A DNA stretch of 64,000 nucleotides, taken from Tubulanus polymorphus (lineage: Eukaryota; Animalia; Nemertea). A model generated the notes under the pieces. That model had not been told where the DNA came from and did not search any database. It saw nothing but the letters and a program-made list of their open reading frames with translations. The position numbers were made by a program, and so were the translations under genes. This document shows, piece by piece, positions 63,586-64,000 of the stretch (its first letter is position 1; every line of letters starts with the position of its first letter). The stretch spans positions 20,211,245 through 20,275,244 of the forward strand of contig NC_134028.1 of assembly GCF_964204645.1 (NCBI RefSeq), written 5' to 3'.

Positions 63586-63721
63586 GTAAAATAAAATTCA
63601 AATCCATGTTACTCCTTCCACTTCACATTACGACAATTCATTTCTACGTTTCGAATCGTTCCGATTCAAGATACGGAAATGAATTGTCTTGCAGTCAAAC
63701 CTCGCTTAAGTCGTCATCAAA

Positions 63722-64000
63722 TGGTACGATAACCACACTCAAACGTGGTGAACAGATGATAAGATAAATCCCACAATTTACAAATTAAAAGAAATCTAAA
63801 ATCGAGAATTATTTATTGAAACAATCTAAAATATAAGAACACAACGTTTCGATCTCACACTAGAGATCATCGTCAGATGTGTGACTCATCTGATGACCAT
63901 GATCTGTAGTGTGAGATCGATACGCCGTGTTCTTATATTTTAGATTGTTTCAATAAATAAATTCTCGATTTTAGATTTCTTTTAATTTGTAAATAGTGGG
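63722..64000. mobile_element. palindromic Penelope pLTR-derived element (runs off the window)
   Basis: Same family as 7747-8007; inverted arms centred near 63883. Confidence 0.6.
63839..63880 (-). ncRNA. minimal type I hammerhead ribozyme
   Basis: Minus strand ACAT-CTGACGA-T-GATCTC-TAGTGT-GAGATC-GAAAC-GTT-GTGT. Confidence 0.62.

Overview
This is eukaryotic (metazoan, probably invertebrate) genomic DNA. It is AT-rich and dominated by one plus-strand multi-exon gene running from about 7.5 kb to at least 59.4 kb, and probably past the window end. Manual splicing (all introns GT-AG, every junction phase-consistent) joins 65 coding exons into an ORF of 11,130 nt (about 3,709 aa). It encodes a signal peptide, about 32 cadherin (EC) repeats, a membrane-adjacent domain, one TM helix and a tail ending in the PDZ-binding motif ENTRL*. 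Both ends of the ectodomain, the membrane-adjacent domain and the TM match the protocadherin-15/Cad99C family, which normally has 11 EC repeats, so this looks like a roughly three-fold elongated PCDH15-type link cadherin. Downstream exons suggest alternative cytoplasmic tails (SAM-like domain; Cys cluster plus PEPDY). Introns and the 5' flank carry many non-autonomous DNA transposons (IS3EU-, Mutator-, PIF/Harbinger-, piggyBac-, Tc1/pogo- and hAT-like), Penelope-like remnants with minimal hammerhead ribozymes, SINE-like fragments and minisatellites. No rRNA, real tRNA or CRISPR array was seen. Family assignments rest on remembered motifs, not database searches.
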